NCBI GenBank assembly: GCA_038496445.1
Contig: JALMLS010000612.1
Coordinates: 248,001-312,000 of the forward strand
Length of the DNA: 64,000 bases
Origin: Trichosphaerium sp. ATCC 40318
Taxonomy: Eukaryota > Protista > Tubulinea
Direction of reading: 5' to 3'
Position numbers and translations under genes: made by a program. Positions within the stretch are counted from its first letter, which is position 1, and each line of letters begins with the position of its first letter. Shown here in pieces: positions 24,289-38,174 of the stretch. The notes beneath the pieces were generated by a model. The model had not been told where the DNA came from. It saw only the letters and a list, made by a program, of their open reading frames with translations, and did not search any database.

Positions 24289-27200
24289 TTAATATTGTCT
24301 TGCACGTGCTCTTCTGACAGCTTCAGCAATTGTCTTCAAAATACGTGTTTGTTTCTCTGTGTTCTTAACTCTGTGACGTAGACTCAATCCAGAAACAGCT
24401 TGCATGATATGATTCAATTGGTCTCCAAGACCAACAGCAGCAGAAGCTACTTGACCACCAGAATCGGTACCTAAAAACGAAAAAATTAACAAGAAGAATA
24501 CTTGCAGAGAAATGTTTTTTATGGTTTTTGCCTTGCTTAGACAGTCACGTGTTGGAAAATGATTGAAAAATAAAATGCAAGCATGTTCTTTACCTTCAGC
24601 GGCCTTTACAGCTGCCAAGATCTTCATCTGTAGTGCTTTATCATTAACAATCTTGCTACCGTTATCTAGCTTGTCTTTTGTCTCAGGGTCATCACAGTGA
24701 CTCTTCATAGCCCTCATGAGCTTTCCTAGATCTTTAGAAGCTATAGCAATATCGCGAGCGCTTGTAAGTAATTCTTCTCCACCCAATAGTGGTTTTCCAG
24801 GACCTATAAAAGACAAACAACATAAGCATCACAACAAAAAAACCCCAAAAAACCGTAAAACTACGATCATCAAAACATTGGCCGTACCGAATTTACTTTT
24901 AATCTTTTTCTGAATTTGTTCGAGGCTTGCAAAGAACTCTTTGATCATATTTCCAAGCTCATCATCCTTTTCCTCCTATTAAACAAAAGTAAGAAAGCAG
25001 AATTCCAAAACTGATTTCTTCAGTTATCTTGGCTTTACTTACTTCCTTTGCACGTGTTGCTTCATCCAAAAGACGCAATGCTTCTGACATATCGGCACCA
25101 GTACCATGTGTAAGTTGTACAACCTTAGTAATGAACGTGTTAATAAAAAAGAACTTCACATTTTCAAATTTTTTTGATGAGAAAGTGACGGGATACCTTT
25201 GTTACAGCCTTAGCAAGCTCTTGTTGTGCGTCCTTGTAGCGACCTTGAGCAAGCAAGTCATCTGGATCTGCTGCAGCAAGCTTTGAAGCATCAACAAGTT
25301 CACGTGCCCAAGTCTTTAATAATCGTTAATCTCTACAACTGCAAACATTTAGCGTACTCTAATGTCTTCGCCGGCAGCATGTACTTGCGCGAGGAGGTCT
25401 GGGTCATTTTCTACACAAAGATTAGTATTTTTTAAAGATGTCTAATGGGGAAACGTACGTGCTGCGAGTTCTGCTTCACGTAAGATCTCCAAGGCAGCTA
25501 GAGCCTCTTCTTTAGCAGCTTTGACGAGCGCTGGATCATTAGGATCGATTTGGAAGTACATTTCGTCGAAAGTATCAGCCTGGTTTTTAATAAGCACGCC
25601 ATGAAATAGTTTAACAAAATGCGGAGAGACGTACGACAACTTCTTGTGCGTCAATAAAAACAGGAAGTGCGTTGAAACCTGCTGGTGTTGTTTCAAGTGT
25701 TCTGGCACGGTTAACAGCGTCGACAAGATCGTCGTAAGCGCCGTGAAGCTTCTTTTTATTGGCTTCTGAAGGATCTCTTGCAGTGTTGCGTGCAGCAACA
25801 ATAAGGTTGTGGCTAGCTTTTTTGAGTTCATCAGCGGCTGCAAGGATTCTCTAAACAAAAAACATGAGATAAAAAACAGAGATGGAAGCAAAAAGTCATG
25901 CTTGGAGTGGGGCTCGAACCCACGCGTTGAATTCAACAAATGATCTTAAGTCACTCCCCTTAACCAACTCGGGCATCCAAGCAACTGTGTTGATGAAGAA
26001 GTAAAAATTTGTGGATATTATCCCAAATAGTTTCGTTGAAAAGTCGTTTTGTGTTAATTAGCTTGTAGCTCTTTGGAGGCCAGAAGATCATTTGTTATTT
26101 CTAATTAGCGTTTATGACGAACACACGCACCCTTTTTTCTTCTGGATCTTCTGTTCTGTTGGCAAGATCTACCAAATCTTGGTGTACGCGCTTGGCTACT
26201 TCAACAAGTCTCTGTGCCTCACGTAGTAAAGCATCAGTATCTCCTCGCTCAGCAGCATCCATTACTATAGCGAATTAACAAATTGAAACAGATTAAGTTC
26301 CTTACATCTTTTTGCTACGTTTAGAAGAGCATCAGTTGCAACATGAATTGGGTATTGATCCTGAAGAAAAAATCAACACCTGCTTTGAACAACCTTGTAT
26401 TAATAGTGAATCAACGCACCATATCATGCTTCTTGGTTCCGAGAATGAGACGCTTTGCTGCTTCAAGCATACCAGCATGTCCTACAACAGCATCGCGCTT
26501 GTTCTGCTCTGTGGCACCGTCTCTTATTGTGCTGTTGCCAGCATTCAAAAATTGATCACCGTATTGGGCTAAATCCTCAATGGCTCCCTTAATAAATTCT
26601 TGACGGACCTGAAGCAAGTCTTGTAAGCAACTGGATTTTGGGTGTGCACAAATAAACCAAACGTACAACATCCTTCTCCTTGCTGAGAGCGTCTCTTCCA
26701 AGGCGTGCAAGGTCATCTCTGTGTTTTCTGACATGAGGCAGCTCTCCTCTTGTTTGAGGTTAATTTAGAATGAGATGGAACCAAAAAAATATATCAAACC
26801 TAATGGCATTTTTGTCATCTTGGAGAATAGCTTCTACCAAAATATTGGCGTGCTTAGATAGCTCCTTTGCGCTTTCAAGCAATTTTCTAATAAACTCAAG
26901 AGTCTCCCAGAAACCAACCATATGATCTTGTTGCTCTAGCTTAACAGCACTACGAGAAAAAAATTATTAACAATATCTAATCATTATTTTCTTTTTTTTG
27001 TAGTTTTTGCGCTTCAGCTTAATTCCAAACGCATAAAAAAAATACGACAACGTACCTGACAATGAGTTTATAGCCCTCAGATATACGTTGAGATAAATCA
27101 GTAAATTGACCACGTAATTCTTGTTTGTTTGGTCTATCAACAATATGCTTTGCAGCCTCTACGATTTCAGGTGATAATTCGCGAATCTCATCAGAACCTA

Positions 27201-28003
27201 AGTACTTTAGGCCAAAAAATTCTTTTTTTTTTCAGTAACTATGGCGCTTGTGTATTACCTTGTTCAAGGAGACGCTTTTTATCTTGTTTTGAGGTAGCAA
27301 GGGCAGCTCTAGCAGCAACTTCGACTAATTTGCAAGTTAATCTGGAATTTACGTAATTGTAGTTAAAAATTTTCAGTAGGTATTGATATGGCGTATTACG
27401 CGGTTTTAGAGTGTTTAGTGGTGTTTAGCCAAAAGTGGAAAGTATTTCGTTGCAAGAAACTGAGAAAAGCGCTTTCGGAAACGTACTGAGCTTGTTATTG
27501 TGCGTGGTGACTTCGCGTGAGGCGCCGGAAACGGCTCCCATTTGTGGGTATTTTCCAAGCGTTTTTTCGAGCGCTTTCATACCGTTGATGGCGTTGCGCA
27601 CCAATGCGGTCATTCTACGCTGACTTGTCTCGTCGGTTATTATAACTAGCGTGTTTATTGCCTCTCCAACAACCTTTGATGCGTCTGCGAATTTGGTGGT
27701 CGCTCCGTGGTTACCAGGGTCCCTAATCAAGATCGTGAAAGCATCAACAAAAACTTCGATATTTGAAGCAATTGTGTTGATTGCTTCCGTTATTTCGACA
27801 ATGAGCTTTTCGTCGTCTGATTGTAGCGCTACTTTTTGCGAAATGGCAACTACTGAATTGACAGAGTTGGCCATTGTTATGCAGTGGGTTTGTACTTCCG
27901 CCATGTTGTTAGTAACGGTGCACAGAACCAAGGCAGAAAGCGAGTCTACCAAAGGTTCGAGTGTCGCCTTCAATTGGCTTGGGGTTACTATTTCGGCGGT
28001 CAT
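24289..28003 (-). CDS. Vinculin/alpha-catenin family helical-bundle protein
   Basis: Amphipathic helical-bundle exons throughout. Tail ELLTSARDIAIASKDL...CDDPETKDKL...QMKILAAVKAA matches the vinculin tail. Confidence 0.8.
25899..25982 (-). tRNA. trnL: tRNA-Leu(TAA), intronic in the vinculin-like gene, same strand
   Basis: GCTTGGA acceptor stem pairs with TCCAAGC; D loop GAGTTGGTTAAG; anticodon loop CT-TAA-GA; long variable arm; GTTCGA T-loop; downstream TTTTT Pol III terminator. Confidence 0.95.
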
Positions 28004-28217
28004 TTCGTGATTGTTTTGTGGGTGGAGTTGTTAACTTCAACCGTGTGAGTGTATGTCGTTTTTTTATCGCTTTTCTAGACACACGTTGACTTTCCTTCTT
28101 GTCTCTTTTCAATAACCAGCGCCTATGCTCAAAGCTAGCGTCTAGTTTTACGCTTATATTTGTAACAAACAGATTGTGCGTCATTTTAACCGCCTCAAAT
28201 ACCACGTGGGACGCGAG

Positions 28218-30426
28218 ATGTGGAACAGGAAACAACTGCTGAATACGTTGGTGATCATTGTGCTATTTTCTCTCTTGTTTTCCTGTGCGCATGCTATACC
28301 TAGCACAGAGTTATCTGCTATACGAGACTTACGAACAGCACTCCAAATTTCTCACTGGGGCCCTATAAACGATACAATATGCAACACAGCAGAAGTCACA
28401 TGCGAAGGGAACCACGTTACAAAGTTACATATTTCAAACACTGCACTTGAGGGTTCTCTCCCACAATCACTCAGCGAGCTTACTGAGCTAACACGCATGT
28501 ACGTTACGTTAAGTTTAAAGACAATAAAGCGTATTTTGTTAACTTACACCCACGTGATAGCGAGATTTTCGGAAATAGGATATCTGGCACTATTCCAGGC
28601 TCTATTGGTACCCTATCAAAGCTGACGTGGCTGTAAGTTGTGTTGAATTGCTAAAAAACTAATACAATAGGCGACTAAACCACAATTTACTTACAGGCAG
28701 TATACCAGATAGTATAAGCGATTTAGAAGCGTTAGACTCATTGTACGATTATTTTCAATTTTTTTTTGTCTGTTGCTTGTTTTAAGATCATGACCAGGTA
28801 CTTACATGACAATATGCTTACTGGTGGTATACCACGTATGCCGCATGGGTTAACGTGGGTGTAAGTGTTTTATGGATATCAGACAAAGAAAAACTGACTT
28901 AGTGTAGTTGGCTGAATAGTAATAATTTAACTGGTAGCGTCCCTGAGAGTATTGGAGAGTTAAGAAATATGGTGTCATTGCACGTGATTTTTTTGAAATT
29001 TTTTCAATTCAATTTGAAAATCTTTTTTTTATGATTGGTTTTGTTTTTCCACAATCGTTGAATGTGAGTTGTTGAATGCGAGTTGTTCAACTGTTTATTA
29101 TTTATTTAATGTTTTTAGGTACTTGCATGATAATCACTTGGATGGTACATTACCACAATCAATAAATGATTTAAAAGAGATGCAATGGTTTAGATTGCAT
29201 TCGAATAAATTTAATGGATCAATACCTTCAATGAATAACCTTACTAATATGCGTGAACTGTACACATCATTAATGGCTCGTTCGATAACCTAACATTTTC
29301 AAAGGCGACTGGAGAATAATGAGCTTACAGGAGATGTACCTGTAGGCATTGTTAATATGCCTGACTTGCAAGTTCTGTAAGCTTTTCTTCTTTTTTTTTT
29401 TTTGGCATACTAACAATAATTAGTGATCTCTCATTTAACTACCTTGACTGTTCTCCGTTGGTACAAAATATATCAGATCTTATACGATTGGCGACATGGT
29501 ATGTACACAAAACAGCGTATCTTTCTTTCTCTAAGAACTTTTTTTCTTAGTGACTTGACTCGAAATCTTTGTTGCAATTCAACTCATACAGGTGTATGTT
29601 CTGTTTTACCTTGTCGCACATTCCCTGAACCTTCAGCGCCATCGATAAACCCTCCAGAGTCTCCATCACAATCTCCAGAACCGACACCTTCTACGATTCC
29701 GTCAGTTGCACCTTCACTTCAACCTACCGGCTTAGTTGTACCAAGTAGTTCCCCTCCCACACTTCCGGCAAGTATTCTTCTTTATGTGTTTACATCGTAA
29801 GCTGACTATCATCAAAAGCCGAACAATAATCAGAATGATACAAGCGGAGGAGGGGATACCGACCAAGGAAAATTATCAACATGGGCTCTTATTCTAATCA
29901 TTCTTGTTGTGGTACGCACCTGACAATGTCACCATTTGTGCTTATAGTACAATTAGCTCATTTTGGTATTATTGATTGGTATATGCTTTGTTTTAGGGTT
30001 CTTAAAGTACACAAAAGAAGAAGACGAAGAAGAAGTAGAAATGACAAACGGACTTTTAAACATATCTAATCCAACGCCCAAAACAATCTCAGAATTCATT
30101 GATGCAGGACCAGCAGTAGATGCAGGTCAACTACTGACATCGTGGTACGCTAAATTTGGATTTTTAACGTTGAAGTAAGCACGTGCGCTGATATTTGTGC
30201 TTTTTTTAAACAGGCCACAGTTTACTGTGTCATTACAAGATTTGGAGCTTTCTTCAACGGCTACGGGCACCGCTGAGTTTTCAGTTTCTACGCCTTCGAG
30301 TAGGTCACGTTCTCCTACCTTCGAGAGCGTCAGTCTCTACGGACCTCGTGTAGGAAGCGGATATTGGTACTTGAACTCAAGAATTTCCTCTTAACTATTT
30401 TTAGGGATGAAAATATTGTAACATAA
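28218..30426 (+). CDS. LRR receptor-like protein: signal peptide, LRRNT, plant-type 24-aa LRRs, Pro/Ser stalk, TM, short tail
   Basis: LxxNxLTGSIPxxI repeats mostly on single phase-2 exons; TM WALILIILVVVVLLIGICFVLGFL. Confidence 0.9.
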
Positions 30427-30775
30427 CAATTGGTTTTTCTAGTTTAGACAACTTCCTGTACATAACCCACTACCCTTTTTTTGCGTAAACTTAAAGTGAA
30501 ATAAAACTAGCAAGTACAAACAGGCCTCAAAGTTAGTTAAATAGTGGCGTAGGGTCACGTGAAAATCGTAAAAGAGGTTTTTCATTCAGAAAAAGAAGCT
30601 TGGTTTTTTGTCATGTGTTCGCTCTTGGTTGCAGTCAATTTATCGTTATAAGTGATTTAACATATGTACCATTACTTTAGGATGTTGAAAACATTTTTTA
30701 TCGAATACTAGCTAATACTTACAGCCGGCATTTTTTAAGCCATTTTTTTTTGTTTTGGTTTCTCTTCGTCACTAT

Positions 30776-33223
30776 TTAACAAGCCAATCGCTCTTGCATC
30801 TTACTAAGAAACGCTAATACCTGTGGAAACATTGTATTAGTAAAGTAATAAATCCATGATAGAACTTTACTTGATCAATACTATATCCCTTCTCTTGTAG
30901 CTCAACACGTATTAAGCTAGTGCCCATACCATCCATTAGTTTTTCAAGATAAACATCAAGTAATGCATCTGTAGGGTCTTCATTTTCTTTTGCTTCATGT
31001 TGATCTTTAGGAGGACCCATTACTGGCGAAGGTGGTGGTGACGCTGTTGGTGGTGATGATGAAACAGGCATTGGTTTTTTTATAGGTGATTGAATTTCTT
31101 CTATTTCACCCCAACTTTTTGATCTTCCTCTCAATTGACGAGCACCTACAATCATAATTAAGCACTGTAGTTTTAAAAAAAGCCAACGCGCTGATTTGGA
31201 CGTACTGAGTTCTCCATATGTAAATTTTTGGTGTGGTTTGCGCGAAGGTTCACTTAGGGCACAATGAGTTTGTGATTGAAAGGTAGTGTTTGGTACCTTT
31301 GACCTCGTCTAAATTTTGACGCCGAAGGGGGTTGAGGTGGAGTTCTACTGGGTCTTGCATATGACACATTCGACTTTGATTGTACATGCCTACAAATACG
31401 TAAATCAAAACTGTCACGTGCACGTGTCTTTGAAAATAAATCGCGTGACAAACTTTTTTTCAAATAAAGAACTATTTTACGTACGAATTAACGCGACCGC
31501 CTTGTAGCATGTTATTGCTAGCTTTTTTGTGAGTCAGTAGTGGTCTTGAGCGACTAAAGCAAAGTTAGCACAGTTGAAAGAACGTCTTTCATTTACTTTA
31601 GCGTAGGTCTTCCAGGCGGAGTAGTACCCATTCCTACGGATGGTAGTGATCGAGTCTCATAACCTGAAGGTGGCGAAGCTGATCTTCCAGACGAGCTAGA
31701 TTCTTCTTCAGGTATGCTTTCGCGATTGAATATATCAGTCACTCTTGCATGTTTTGCTCTCTTTCCGTTACCATGGAATAGTACATCTGCCATTTCTTCA
31801 AACTCTTCTTTCTCTTTTGGGTTTGCAGAAGCAAGTTCTCTTGATATTTCTTGTTGCTGGTTTGAACAATTTTTTAATTCAACGAAGCACGGTTCGGAAA
31901 AGGAACTATTTAAAACAAATTTTGACGTACGACTTTCATCATTTGTTTCTTCTCGTTTATTTTTAATGTTCCAGCTTTGAGTGTCTTTGTAAACTCTTTT
32001 GTAAATTCCTGAGCCTTCTCATCTTCTTCATAGTCATCTTCTGGAAGAGGTTTGCCCTAAATATTCTGGTCATTACAAATGAACTTTTGACTTTTTTTGT
32101 CGACGGTGTACAGACAAGGTGCACGTACGCAAAATAATTCTTCATAGTAAGTTATCATTGCAACAAGTAGCTTTGCCCCTTTTGCATTATTTCTAACTAC
32201 ATCCTCCATCGTTGCAAACGTCTGCTTCAGGAAAGTAGGCGCAAACACAATTGCCAAATTCTTTACAAAGTTAACATTAACTAACTATTTCAGCATCTAA
32301 TCGATTTTGACGTACCTGTACGGTCATTAGATTTACTTCTGCGTTTTGACTCATTCTCCACATAAATTCCAAAGATATTTTTAGTACAGCTTGATTCCCT
32401 CTGCACATGTTATGTCAGCACCAAAAGAAACTTTTTTTTTAAACTACAAATGGCAAAAATAGTACGGTGGAAGTAAATCATAGGCTTGCTTGATGGAACG
32501 TATACGAGGTGCTTCGAAAGGAATACCTATATACTTCAGAACCATTTTAAATAGAGTCAATCGTTCTCAATACGGATCACGTGCACGAACTACGAACGAT
32601 GGCATGTGAACGTACCTGCGGCTGTCAGAAAACAATCAGTTAACTCTTGTGTCATTATAGAATCGCTCAGCTCGCCGAAAAAGCTTTTGAAAACGCCAGC
32701 TATAACGTGGTGATCCTGACATAAATTGAATTTCTTCGTGCTCCCTAAATACGTTAAATAAACATAGATTGTTTCGAGTTGTAACATCAGAGTTCTTTTT
32801 TTTTGGCTTTTTCAGTTTTTTGCAGTTTCAGAAATTTTAAAGGCTTGCTTCTTTGTTGTTTACCATTAAACGCACGTGTACATACCTCTATCCAAGTCTC
32901 TTTTTATCAGTGTTATTTGAGCAACACTTCCGGATACTCTAAATAGACCAGGTTCATCAATACCGCCTTTAAAAAACACGTGATTAGATAGTAATATCGC
33001 GTTATAGAATTTGTTGTATTTCTCTTCTGTAGGTACCATTATCTTTGAGCCATGATATTGGTAGTAGTACTGGTAGTGGTATCTCATCGCTTAGGGGATT
33101 AAACTTTGAGAAGAATTAGATGAAACGCGTGAATAATCACCCAAAAAAACCAGAAGCTATGCTAAATAGGTTGGGAGTATATACCTCATTTTTCTTTTTA
33201 AACCGGTTGAGGAACCGTGACAT
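30776..33223 (-). CDS. RhoGAP domain protein
   Basis: GIDEPGLFRVSGS (arginine finger intact), DHHVIAGVFKSFFGEL, NLMTVQNLAIVFAPTFL; long low-complexity C-terminal half. Confidence 0.92.
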
Positions 33224-33808
33224 ATTGGCGAGATGGCTTCAAGCGCCTGTAAATAATGCAAAAAGCACGAGAGATTTAACTAAATGAAAAAAGAAGTTGG
33301 TTGACTTGTAATTGGTTTCGGCCTCAGTAAAAGAGAGCGTACAATGTAAAAAGATCCGTAGGGAACAAATTCTCCATATATTTATGTAGGAATCATTCCC
33401 TTGAGACTGCCTTGCTGTAATAATTCACGGAGTTCTGTGGTACGTTGCCTTACGTTCAAGATCGAAATTTCATTCTAGAATTAATTGAACCATGAATTCT
33501 GATTACACAAACTTCACTTCGTTCGTGACTGATACACATAAAGTTATAAAATTACGACTTGCCTTAGTTGCGCAAAGTCCCAAAAACGTGAAAAGATAGA
33601 AGAGAGTGTAAATTTCAAGTGCTTACTAGTATGTTGTTGCAAGATATAACTGACTGCAAGTAGGACAAATGTAGTGATTGAACATGTGAGTCCTAAGGGT
33701 AAACTACGGCATGTTACATCTTGGGTTACCACCAGTTTGGAGGAGCACCTCTGCACCGTACGTGCTATTTATGTGAAAATTTTATTGTTTATTTATGAAA
33801 CAAGTGTT

Positions 33809-35194
33809 TTACGCATTTGGTACACGAGTAATAGGTCCAAAGCGGTTGCCTGACTTCTCTTGTACAATTGAAAATAATTTACGTAACTTAAGTACACCCT
33901 CCTCTTCAATAGGGTCATGTTCTGTAATGATACTATTAGCCAAATCTTGTACTTGTCTACTTGGAAATAATTTTAGGACAGCTTTTTGATACTTCAAAGC
34001 AAACTCTCTAGTGTACTTAGGTGCCTATAAAAATAAAAATTAAGCCATCAACATAACAAATATATATTAAACGAAATTACAATTCCAAGTCAAAATGTGA
34101 TAGAATGATGCGGCGGGTAAACAACTCTTTGAAAAAAAATGTCGTATTTTTTCCTTTCAAAAACTTTCCGCTTTTTTTCTTCTTTATCGCTCTTTGAAAA
34201 TAAAAACGTACGTCAACCATTTTTTTGCTTATCTCCAATAGCTGCTCTGATGTCTCTACACATTGTAATAAAATTGTAAAAGTTCCAATAAAAGGCTTCA
34301 ATCTTTTTCTCTTCAACTCAGAAAAATGGCTAAATGCCTCTGCTGAATCACCAGCCTTAGCAGCAATACCAATGATAGTATTAAAGTTCGCTAAAGTTAC
34401 TTTTACAGGAGATTTTTTTAAATTCTCAAAAACTCTATAAGCCTTCTGATACTTCTCTTGCTTAGCGCAAGCCGTCATTAGATTATTATACGTGAACTGA
34501 TCAGGTTCAAGACCAGCAACGTTTCTAAGGTCATCAACAAGACGGAAGGCAGTATCAAGATGAGCTTTTGAAGAACCACAAATCGAGATCAAAGTATTGT
34601 AGTTTTGCAAGTCTGGGTTTATGCCATCGGCTTGCATCTTTGCCAACAACCCCAGGGCTAGTTCTGGGTCTTTTGAGTACTTTTTAAACATAATGTTGTA
34701 TGACGTGTTGTCTGGTTGTACTCCTTGTGATTGTAGTTGCTCAAATAATGCTGTAGCGTATTCTTGATCTTTACAAATGTTTAAAAGTACGTTGTAAACA
34801 CGTAACTCTATTTTAACGTTGTTTTGCTCTAGCCATTGAAACTCCTCGAGTGCTACTTCCCAGCTGTTTACTTTTGGCATTGCCCAAAGGTAATTGACAG
34901 CGTGGTTGCATGTATCCCTTAGTTTTAACCTGTAATAGCGATCTAGTACATCCTGTGATGAAATACGCGGGCGCTTTATCTTTTTGGCAGCTTTCTTTTT
35001 GTAACGGCCTTTAGGTGCTACCACAATCTTTTTTAGTACATAAAAGCGCGTATGAGCTCACCATCGGTTATGTTGTACGATCCTTGTAAATTCTCGAGCG
35101 ATAGGCGTGTAAAACTTATATAGCGTGTACCCAAAGCCTCTTGGCGCGTCTGCGAACCACCACGAGAGATACGGAGCTGTTGGAAGCGAAGCAT
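33809..35194 (-). CDS. P-class pentatricopeptide repeat protein, probably mitochondrial
   Basis: 35-aa repeats, e.g. PDQFTYNNLMTACAK and PDLQNYNTLISICG; Arg-rich N-terminus MLRFQQLRISRGG. Confidence 0.9.
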
Positions 35195-35389
35195 CAAGAA
35201 ATGGAAAGAAAAGTGTTGAAAAAATGTTTGAAATGAAAATGTCACAATCTTTGGTAGACTGGTTCGACGTTGTTTGTTGACGAGTATCAAGGCGGCGACG
35301 GTGCTGCTGTCCAAAAAAGAAGTCAAAAAAGTTTGGTTTTTATTAAATTATTATTGTCTGTCTACTCGAGTAGCCTGAGTCTTTAGGAC

Positions 35390-37569
35390 TTATTTTTTGG
35401 TTTCTTTTTTACCCTTTTTCTTCTTGTCGCCCTTTTTTGTGTTTCTACGGGTTTTCTTTGATTTTTCTTCCTTTGGAGAGGCGTCCTTTGGTTTACTAGC
35501 TTCTTCACTACTTGCCCCTTTGTCGTCTTTGTCTTCTCCTTCCTCCTTTGTCTCTTCTCCAGAAGGTTTTCCTTTCTCGTCACCGCTCATACTTTGGCTC
35601 TTGCTCGTTTCTTCTTTACTTCCTTTCTTTTCTTCTTTGCTCCCTTTCTTCTCTTCTTTGCTTCCTTTCTTTGTTGAGCTCTTCTTCTTAGCTTCAGGAT
35701 TTTCAGCTTCTTCGATTTCGTGTTGTTTAAGAAGTGCTTGTAACTTTCTGTTTTCGCTCTCAAGAGACTCTGACAAGTAAAGCAATTGACCTAAAACAAT
35801 AGTGAGTAAAACGGAGAGGTTATTGGCTCTTGTTTTTTTCTTTTTGCTTACCATCTACAGGACGAGCTTTAATATCTTCTTCTGCCTTTAGCTGTATTTT
35901 CTCGGATTCGTAGTCGCGATCCTGCTCGAGATAGTCCTTCCAGGTATTCATATCGGTCATGTGCTCCAAAAGATTCTTGCGCAAAATATCCAATCCTAAT
36001 AATTAATTAATTCTAGAACGAACTAAGCATCTCTTGTCATACCTGCGAGCTCGTTCTTCCGTCCTTCTTCCATTTTTTCACATAGCTTATTGTATTTTGC
36101 TTTCCACTCACTAGTAACTTATTAGCACGTGTTGTTTAATGCCAGTTGGTTGTACCGTAATTCATCATTGAGATCTTCGTTTTCTTGTTCTAGCTCTTCA
36201 ATCTTTGCGTCTCGTTGTTGAACAGTTTTTTCGTATTCTTCTTTTTGTTCCTAAACAGGTGTTAAAGGTTGCATGATAAAAGGATTAAGCCGTACCAGCA
36301 TCTCACGCTTAGACTCTGACAAGTTCGCTTCTAATACCTCTTTGGCTTCATTAACTGATTGTAATTGCATTGTTAGTTCCTCTACTTGAGTGGATAGCTC
36401 TTTCTTTTCATCGTGGAATGTGCTTTTTAATTTTTGCTCTTTTTTATCGGTTTCTTCCTTAGACATAAAAGCATGGAAGAACAGAGAATTGTAGAGCACA
36501 ATTGACCTCTCGTCAGCGGTTCCGTTCAAAAGTTCTTCAGGGTCAAGTAGTTGAGGAATACCCAAGTGCTAAAATACATGCTTAGCGCCAGCTTGCTGGT
36601 GACGAACATTCCAGAGAAAATAATAAAAAAATAGAAAAAGACTGTTGGTACCACGCACCTTTTCTGCTAGTTCAAGTGCAGCTTTAATATTTTGTTCAGT
36701 TGAGTACTCTTGCATCATATTATTATAGTCTAAGATCTCTGGGTCGAATTTATCGATCATAGCCAAAAACGGTAAACCGTTAGAGAAGGACGTCTTAAAA
36801 TCCTTAATATCAACACCCTCGTAACCTAAATATCATAACAATTAGCGTTTTTGCCATAAAAAAAAATTGTAGTTTTTGAAAAAAAAAAAGAATTAAGATC
36901 ACCTTCAGTTATTTGTCTTATCCACGACAACAAACCATCCTCAGTAGATTGTCCTTCCTCTTGGGTTGTTTGTAGGCGGAAATGCCTGAACAACATCCAC
37001 AAGAAACCCAACAAAAACCTAGTTCGTACATTTAGTGATCAGGATAAAAAAAAAAGGCTGATTAATCAGCAGGTAGTAAAAATCACGTGATTCTAAAATT
37101 AAAAACAACAAAACAGAATTTAGTAATTAAACAAACTGAAAAGGTGATTTATACCTTAAATCTCCAGGGTTCTTATCTACGAGGTTCTCTGCAGATATTG
37201 TAATATACTTTGCGTCAACACCGCATTCTTGTAGGAAAGTTAAAGCCAATGAACAGTTTTCCAAGTAGATTGGCCTCATCTTAGGGTTCTTGTTGTATCT
37301 CTTTTTTAGCTTTTGTCCAGTCAGTACCTCCAGAAAGTGGATTATAGTTAACCCATCTCCAAAGTCTTCCTGAAGGCTCACTTGGATCTTCATAGCGCGT
37401 TTCTCGAGGAATGTGTCAACCTAATCCCAAACGTTAATAATCATTATTTAGTACTTTTTGTAGTACTTACCCAGTGCTTGAAGGCTCTCACTTGAGTGTT
37501 TTGCCATTTTTTCTCTTTAATTTGGCTCTCTACCTTATCGCCGCTAGATACTGCTTGTTCGTCAGCCAT
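35390..37569 (-). CDS. ctx: Cortexillin (two CH domains, coiled coil, polybasic tail)
   Basis: [66 protein letters not shown]; Lys-rich C-terminus with KKGSKEE repeats. Confidence 0.9.
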
Positions 37570-38174
37570 TGTTTCTTATGAGATTGTATTTGAGAATTTA
37601 TGACCAAACCAATAAGTTTTATTTTTTCACAAACAAAACTTATAACGTCATAACAACCCATGTACTTATTTGGTCTTGTGCTTATTTTACAGTGTTTACC
37701 CTACATCTAAACAAGACATAGTGTGGTCAATTACTGTTTTGTTATTATTATAATGACGCAAACACAGTGATAAAACAGCGATAAAACATACAATGATGCG
37801 TACAAAAATGTCATTTCATTTTCTGTACTTTGGCATAGGCATTAACTTTCTATGATACATCAGTCTGCCAACGTTGCGTGCACACTATAGCGCATCATGT
37901 TAACACATGTACAGAATTTCTTTATGGTCATTGCGAAAAGCAAACAAGGTACTCAGTGAAACGGGAATACTAAATAAATGATACTGAGGTTCACTGTTTG
38001 TAGCGAATAAGATTGATAAACAAAGCCAAAAAAAAACCATCCTGAATTGACAGAAGGCAAATGCACGTTTATTTTCCTCTAGCTCTTTCCAAACTTAACG
38101 ATAGTTAAGCTGAAATTGATCAAAAACCAGCATAGCGACGTGGCCGTAGTAACGTTGGTTCTGTTGTTTCTGTT

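Noticed and set aside
27435-35780. Antisense ORFs such as 27651-28010, 34225-34440 and 35397-35780
   Set aside because: Shadows of well-supported opposite-strand exons with no independent motifs.
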